NCBI GenBank assembly: GCA_963664405.1 | Contig: OY761158.1 | Location: 4,064,001-4,128,000, forward strand | Length of the DNA stretch: 64,000 nucleotides | Source: Thermoanaerobaculia bacterium | GTDB taxonomy: Bacteria > Acidobacteriota > Thermoanaerobaculia > Multivoradales > Multivoraceae | Direction of reading: 5' to 3' | Shown here: piece by piece, positions 58,833 to 64,000 of the stretch | Layout of the letters: each line of letters begins with the position of its first letter | How positions within the stretch are numbered: the stretch's first letter is position 1 | Notes under the pieces: model-generated | The model's database searches: none | The model's input: the letters and a program-made list of their open reading frames with translations, nothing else | What the model was told of the DNA's origin: nothing | Translations under genes and position numbers: made by a program

Positions 58833-61367
58833 TCAGTTGTGGCGCAGGCTTTCGATGGGGCGTCGTTGTAGGGCTCCCCAGCTGGCTCCGACACCGGCGA
58901 TCGTGCTGAGGGCGACACTCCAGGCGACCGCTCGAGCGTAGGCGGCAGGGGCGAAGGTCCATTGCAGCTCCATGCCGCGGGTCAGCGCGATCCAGGCTAC
59001 GACTCCGCCACCGGCGGCTCCGATGAGCCCGGCGACAAGGCCGAGAAGGGCGTACTCGGTGGCGAAGAGAGCCATGACTCCTCGTCGTTGCATGCCCAGG
59101 GTCTTGAGCAGAGCCACTTCGCGACCGCGTCGGCTCGACTCGACAGCGACAGTCGCGGCGAGGATGACTAAGCCGCAGATCAGCGTGAAGCCGCCGAGGA
59201 AGGAGATCCCCCAACCGAGCCGCTCGAGGAGTGCGACGATCTTTTCTAAAATCTCTCGCACATTGACCACGGTGATGTTGGGAAAGGCGCTGACGATCAG
59301 GTCCTGGGTCTGCTGCTCACTGCCCCGGGGGAGCTGAGCTGTGGCGAGCCTGAGCTGGGGCGCCTCTTCGAGGGCGCCAGGCTCGGCGATGAGGAAGAAG
59401 TTGATCGCGAAGCTCTCCCACTCGACCGAGCGCAGGCTGGTGACCGTAAAGCTCATCGGCAAGCCTTGGATGTCGAGCTCCAACTCGCTGCCGAGCTCAA
59501 CGCCTAGATCTTGCGCGAACTCTTCTTCGACACTGATCTCGAGGCGCTCTGGATCTCCCCACAGGCTGCCTGAGATGAGGGTATTGCCCTCTGGAAGCGT
59601 GTCCAAGTAGGTGAGACGCTGCTCTCGGGTCATCGCCCACTTCCTGCCGCCGCGGCCGCTCTCTTCGACCAGCTCTGTCGTGCTCCGACCGTCGATGGCG
59701 CGGAGACGGGCCATGACCATCGGCACCGATTGGACCTGATCGGCGCCCTGGCTTTCGAGTAGCTCTTGTAGAGGAGCCCATTGGCCCGGTTGCACGTCGA
59801 TGAAGAAGACGGAGGGCGCATTCTCGGGCAGCTCGGATTGAATTTGCTCCCGAAGTTGTGACTGCACCTGAGAGGTGGCGAAGACGACGAGGAGCCCGAG
59901 TCCCAACGCGACGATGGCGCCTAGGGTTGCCGCTCCTGGCCGCGCGAGCGACGCCAGGCCGTGTCGGAGCCACACCCGACCTAGCTCACGGGGAAGCCGA
60001 CGGACCCCGGCAGTGAGCGCGCTGGCGGCGATAGCCAGGGCGACCGCAGTGGCGAGTAGGCCGCCGGTGAATTGCGCACCGAGGACGGCAGAACCGGCCT
60101 GCGCACTCGCCAAGAGGCCAACGCCGAGAATCAGTGTCACACCGGTGGCTAGGGCCATAGAGCGAGTCCCCGAAAGCGGCTCGGCGTCCTGGCGGAGGAC
60201 ACGAGCTGGAGGGACTCGCAGAACCCGAGTCAGAGGGGGGAGGCTGAAGAGCGCAGTAACGCCGAGGCCCAAGGCCATTCCACGTACCATCACGATGGGC
60301 TGCCAGGAGTGGAGTAACTCGCTTGGAACGAGGTCGCGCAGGAAGAGCGGTAGGATCGTGAGCAGGGCCATGCCTGCGAGGCAGCCGGCGGCGCTGCCGA
60401 CGCCGCCGAGGAGAAAGGCCTGTCCGAGGTAGAGACAGAATGCCTCACGGGGTCTGACGCCTAGGCACTTGAGCACCGCAATGGCGTCCATCCGGCTCGC
60501 TACCCAGGTGCGGACCGCCTGGCCGACGCCTACGCCGCCGATCAGAAGTGACAAGAGCGCGATCAGACCCAGATAGTGCTCGAGCCGGGCCAGCCCGCGC
60601 CTGAGAGCCGGCTGGGCCTCCTCGTAGGTCTCGACGCGGAAGCCTTGGTCGCGCGGCGCAACGGACTCCAGCGCTGCCGCCAGGGAGTGGAGGCGCGAGA
60701 GGGGAGTGGCTGCGGGCAGTTGGATCAGAAGACGGTGTTCCACCCGACTCCCCGTGCTCTCCAGAGGCGTGAGGGCCAGCCCTTCCTCCGAGAGGAAGAT
60801 CCGGGGACCGAGTGTGAAGGCTCCGCCAATACGATCGGGCTCGTTCAGAACCGTGCCCTTGACCTCGAAAGAGTGGCCGCCGATGAGCAGCCTGTCTCCG
60901 ACGTCGATGTCGAGTCTAGCGAGCAGGTCTGGAGCCACCACGACTCCGTCCGGCACTAGCAGGCTCGCCAGGGAGCGACTTGGCTCGATCTCTAGATCTC
61001 CATAGAAGGGGTAGGCCTCATCCACTACTTTGAGCTCGACGAGCTGGCTTCTCGCGATACCCGTGGAGCGAGCGGCCGCAACGATCGTGACCATCTCGCG
61101 CACCCGCGAATGAGCGCTGCCGGGAGCCTGGTCGATCAAGAGGTCCAAGGCCTCTCGGGGGATTGGCTGTCCACCCCTGATCGAAAGATCTGCGGCTAGG
61201 AGGTCCTTGGCTTCTCCCCGGATGCCGCTGTCCAGACCGCGGGAGAGACCTGCGACCACGACCACCGCCGCGACTCCGATAGCCAGGCAGACTACGAAGA
61301 AGAGGAGCTGGTGGAGGGCACCGCGCAGCTCCCGCACGGTATAGCGGAGGAGGAAGCCGGAAGTCAC
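58833..61367 (-). CDS. YbbP-like ABC permease (double FtsX)
   Basis: CLAIGVAAV, LLAADL, YPFYG, IAVLKCLG, LPENAPSVFFIDVQ, REVALLKTLG. Confidence 0.92.
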   Translation of the reverse strand: MTSGFLLRYTVRELRGALHQLLFFVVCLAIGVAAVVVVAGLSRGLDSGIRGEAKDLLAADLSIRGGQPIPREALDLLIDQAPGSAHSRVREMVTIVAAARSTGIARSQLVELKVVDEAYPFYGDLEIEPSRSLASLLVPDGVVVAPDLLARLDIDVGDRLLIGGHSFEVKGTVLNEPDRIGGAFTLGPRIFLSEEGLALTPLESTGSRVEHRLLIQLPAATPLSRLHSLAAALESVAPRDQGFRVETYEEAQPALRRGLARLEHYLGLIALLSLLIGGVGVGQAVRTWVASRMDAIAVLKCLGVRPREAFCLYLGQAFLLGGVGSAAGCLAGMALLTILPLFLRDLVPSELLHSWQPIVMVRGMALGLGVTALFSLPPLTRVLRVPPARVLRQDAEPLSGTRSMALATGVTLILGVGLLASAQAGSAVLGAQFTGGLLATAVALAIAASALTAGVRRLPRELGRVWLRHGLASLARPGAATLGAIVALGLGLLVVFATSQVQSQLREQIQSELPENAPSVFFIDVQPGQWAPLQELLESQGADQVQSVPMVMARLRAIDGRSTTELVEESGRGGRKWAMTREQRLTYLDTLPEGNTLISGSLWGDPERLEISVEEEFAQDLGVELGSELELDIQGLPMSFTVTSLRSVEWESFAINFFLIAEPGALEEAPQLRLATAQLPRGSEQQTQDLIVSAFPNITVVNVREILEKIVALLERLGWGISFLGGFTLICGLVILAATVAVESSRRGREVALLKTLGMQRRGVMALFATEYALLGLVAGLIGAAGGGVVAWIALTRGMELQWTFAPAAYARAVAWSVALSTIAGVGASWGALQRRPIESLRHN

Positions 61368-61386
61368 TTGGGCACTCGCTCGGTTC

Positions 61387-62073
61387 CTAGCCGACCCGAT
61401 CCTTCGGCACGACCCGACCGTCAGACAGGTGGATGAGTCGCCGGGCGAGCGCGGCCGCCGCGGGGTCGTGGGTGACCATGACCAGGGTGGTTGCGTCGAG
61501 CCGGTGGAGACTCGACAGCATGTTGAGAACCGCCCTGCCGGTCTTGGAGTCGAGATTTCCTGTGGGCTCGTCGGCGAGGAGGAGAGCGGGCTTGGCGGCG
61601 AAGGCCCTTGCTACGGCGACCCGTTGCTGCTCGCCGCCGGACAACTGGCTGGGGTAGTGGTGACCGCGCTCGGCGAGCCCAACCCGATCCAGAAGCTCGT
61701 CTGCACTCTCCAAAGCACCAGCCTCGCCCTTGAGCTCGAGGGGTAGAAGAATGTTCTCTTTGGCGGTGAGGTGCTGAAGGAGCTGGAAGGCTTGAAAGAC
61801 AAATCCGACCTCTTGCCGACGCCATAGCGCCAGCTCGTCTTCGCTCTTGTCCTGGATCTCGTAGCCATTGAAGATCACTTTGCCGCGAGTGGGGCGGTCG
61901 AGGCCGGCCATCAGCGCGAGCAGAGTCGACTTGCCACTGCCCGAGGGGCCAAGAATGGCCACGAATTCGCCGCTCTCGATCGCTAAATCGATTTCATCCA
62001 ACACTACTAGGGGGCGACCGCCTGAGCTCAGGATTTTGGTCAGCTTGCGGACTTCGAGGCAGGGCACCGGCAT
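61387..62073 (-). CDS. YbbA-like ABC ATP-binding protein
   Basis: GPSGSGKST, HYPSQLSGGEQQRVA, ADEPTGNLD. Confidence 0.93.
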   Translation of the reverse strand: MPVPCLEVRKLTKILSSGGRPLVVLDEIDLAIESGEFVAILGPSGSGKSTLLALMAGLDRPTRGKVIFNGYEIQDKSEDELALWRRQEVGFVFQAFQLLQHLTAKENILLPLELKGEAGALESADELLDRVGLAERGHHYPSQLSGGEQQRVAVARAFAAKPALLLADEPTGNLDSKTGRAVLNMLSSLHRLDATTLVMVTHDPAAAALARRLIHLSDGRVVPKDRVG

Positions 62074-62165
62074 TGGTTGGTACGGCTTGGGCCGCTAGAG
62101 AGGGCTTAGGTGAGCGGAGCCAAAGCTTAGCATTGCCCGCTTCGCGCTCCGCTACACTGCCTGGC

Positions 62166-62843
62166 GTGTGCGTGTGCCTCCGTTTCCGTGCCGCAATGCT
62201 TCTTCTCGCGCTGGCGAGTGTCCGGGTTGTCTTTGCATCTCCCCAGGTCGTCGAGCTTGCGGAGGAGCCTTCGCCGGTTCGGTTGGTCTTCCTTGGCGAC
62301 AGTTTGACGGCGGGTTACGGCGTAGGGGAGCTCGAGGCCTTTCCGCACCTCCTCGAGCGGGCCTTGAGTGAGCGAGGGCATGAAGTGCAGGTCGTCAATG
62401 CCGGCGTCAGTGGTGACACCACCGCCGGCGGCCTGAGTCGACTCGCCTGGTCGCTTCGCCAGGAGCCCGACATTTTGGTGGTCGAACTGGGTGGAAATGA
62501 TGGTCTCCGTGGTCTTCCACTCGAAATGACGGAGAACAACCTACGCCAGATCGTCTCAGCGGCCGAGGAGGCGGGGAGTCGGATTCTCTTGCTTGGCATG
62601 TTGATGCCCCCGAACTACGGCCCTGACTACACGCAGGGCTTTGCCGCAATCTTCCCGCGCCTATCGGAAGAGCTCGGTGTCGCTCTCGTACCCTTCCTTC
62701 TCGAGGGTGTGGGGGGGCAGCCCGAGTTGAACCAGCCCGACGGAATCCATCCCACCGCCGCCGGCCATCTTATTCTCGCGAACAATGTGTACCCCTACCT
62801 CGAACGCATGATCCTCGACCTCGGGCCCCCTTCGCAACGCTGA
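62166..62843 (+). CDS. tesA: Arylesterase / acyl-CoA thioesterase I (SGNH/GDSL)
   Basis: GDSLTAGYG, NAGVSGDTT, ELGGNDGLRG, DGIHP; divergent from ybbA as in the known locus. Start uncertain. Confidence 0.9.
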   Translation: MCVCLRFRAAMLLLALASVRVVFASPQVVELAEEPSPVRLVFLGDSLTAGYGVGELEAFPHLLERALSERGHEVQVVNAGVSGDTTAGGLSRLAWSLRQEPDILVVELGGNDGLRGLPLEMTENNLRQIVSAAEEAGSRILLLGMLMPPNYGPDYTQGFAAIFPRLSEELGVALVPFLLEGVGGQPELNQPDGIHPTAAGHLILANNVYPYLERMILDLGPPSQR

Positions 62844-62866
62844 CCCGACCTAGAACACGAAGCCTA

Positions 62867-63032
62867 AAAGACCAGCGTTTCCAAGGTTCGTGCTGCATAG
62901 CCCGAGCTCATTCTGTTCGCTGGCCAGGCGCGCCGACGCAGGCATATTGGGCAATATGTCGAGGAGGCGAAACGCCGGCAGCGGGCAGAAGGGGCCGAGA
63001 TATGTGCGCGAACTTTGGAAACGCTGGTCTAG
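62867..63032. mobile_element. ~166-bp MITE/ERIC-like fold-back element (arm type C, opposite orientation)
   Basis: Inverted repeat AGACCAGCGTTTCCAAGGTTCGTGC / GCGCGAACTTTGGAAACGCTGGTCT(AG). Its core closely matches the reverse complement of the type A core. Left CTAG is degenerate (CTAAAAG). Confidence 0.85.
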
Positions 63033-63859
63033 TGTCCCGCACGGGGCACTATCGACGCTTTTTCTTCTTCTCTCTTGGCTTGCTCCCAGAGGCTCTCGAG
63101 GGCTTCCGAAGAGACCTCTGTGAGTCGCTGACCGCTTTCTTCGAGGCGTTTTTCGATATGGCTGAATCGAGTACGGAATCTGAGGTTGGTGCGGGCCAAG
63201 GCGGCTTCTGGATCGACATCCAGGTGCCTGGCGAGATTGGAGACGGTGAAGAGAAGGTCGCCGATCTCGTCCGCGACGCGACTCTTGTCCTCTTCGGTCA
63301 TGGCCTCCTGGAGCTCTCCCAGTTCTTCGACCACTTTGGCCATCACCTGTTCCGACGTTGACCAGTCGAAACCGACACCGCCGACCTTTTGGCCCATCCG
63401 GTAAGCAGCGAGAAGGCTCGGCAGCGAGTCGGTCATCCCCTCCAGCACAGAGGAGCCGGGGGCTCTCGTTTCGAGCTTCCTTCGCTCCCACGCACGCGCT
63501 ACCGAGGCAGAGTCCGCGGCAACCTCGTCACCGAAAACATGGGGGTGCCGCTCGATCATTTTGCGGTGAACTTCCGTTATGGACTCTGCCAATCCCGCTC
63601 GCCCCTGCTCTTCGCTCAACCTGCCCAGAAAGGCGAGCTGGAACAAGAGATCTCCCATCTCCCCACGAAGACCTGCCCAATCTCTTCGATCGAGGGCGGC
63701 TGCTACCTCGTGGGCCTCTTCGAGGAGGTAGGCGCGAAGGTCGTCGAATCCCTGCTCACGGTCCCATGGGCAGCCATCAGGAGCTCTTAGCTGCTTCACG
63801 AGGTCGTCGAGGATCTCAAGACTCAGATCTGGGCGATCGCTCACGTTCACCTCCACCAA
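63029..63859 (-). CDS. mazG: Nucleoside triphosphate pyrophosphohydrolase MazG
   Basis: LRAPDGCPWDREQ, EEAHEV, EMGDLL, RHPHVFG, GFDW, EIGDLLF. Confidence 0.96.
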   Translation of the reverse strand: MVEVNVSDRPDLSLEILDDLVKQLRAPDGCPWDREQGFDDLRAYLLEEAHEVAAALDRRDWAGLRGEMGDLLFQLAFLGRLSEEQGRAGLAESITEVHRKMIERHPHVFGDEVAADSASVARAWERRKLETRAPGSSVLEGMTDSLPSLLAAYRMGQKVGGVGFDWSTSEQVMAKVVEELGELQEAMTEEDKSRVADEIGDLLFTVSNLARHLDVDPEAALARTNLRFRTRFSHIEKRLEESGQRLTEVSSEALESLWEQAKREEEKASIVPRAGH

Positions 63860-64000
63860 ATCGGGAGCCCTAGCCTAATTTCCGGGGCCGAGAAGAGGTC
63901 CCCCGAGCCGGCAATCGCATACATCTTCAGCCGGGCTCGCCGAAGAAGAAATTGCCGTTGTTGCCGCACCCGTTTTCGCCTTGCTACGATAACCTAGGAT

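Noticed and set aside
63029-63859. MazG as an anti-phage or toxin-antitoxin component
   Set aside because: Ordinary two-domain housekeeping MazG with no toxin or defence neighbours in view.

Overview
High-GC bacterial chromosome segment. Gene content and order suggest Acidobacteriota, possibly Thermoanaerobaculia (inference). It is mostly housekeeping. In order: an ECF sigma/anti-sigma pair; TPR-proS; two tRNA-Val, then thrS-rpmI-rplT-pheST (infC is missing from its usual place); zapB-like/zapA-6S RNA-rny-ymdB; ispA-tlyA-nadK; sat/cysC with glycosylation genes; metF and metH; ABC-F; PBP1B; a luciferase-less LuxE/LuxC pair beside a ferredoxin; a nuclease-fused DinG/XPD helicase; hflKC-nupC; partner-switching genes (rsbV has an internal amber codon); envC with a probably inactive S41 protease; ybbAP-tesA; and mazG. 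No transposase, integrase, prophage or CRISPR is visible. The most unusual signal is non-coding. Four ~167-bp fold-back elements share a central core but carry three unrelated sets of self-complementary arms. They end in CTAG (one end degenerate) and fold with G-U wobbles on one consistent strand. A second, modular REP-like family is also present. Members of both families repeatedly sit on the CTAG formed by amber stop codons.
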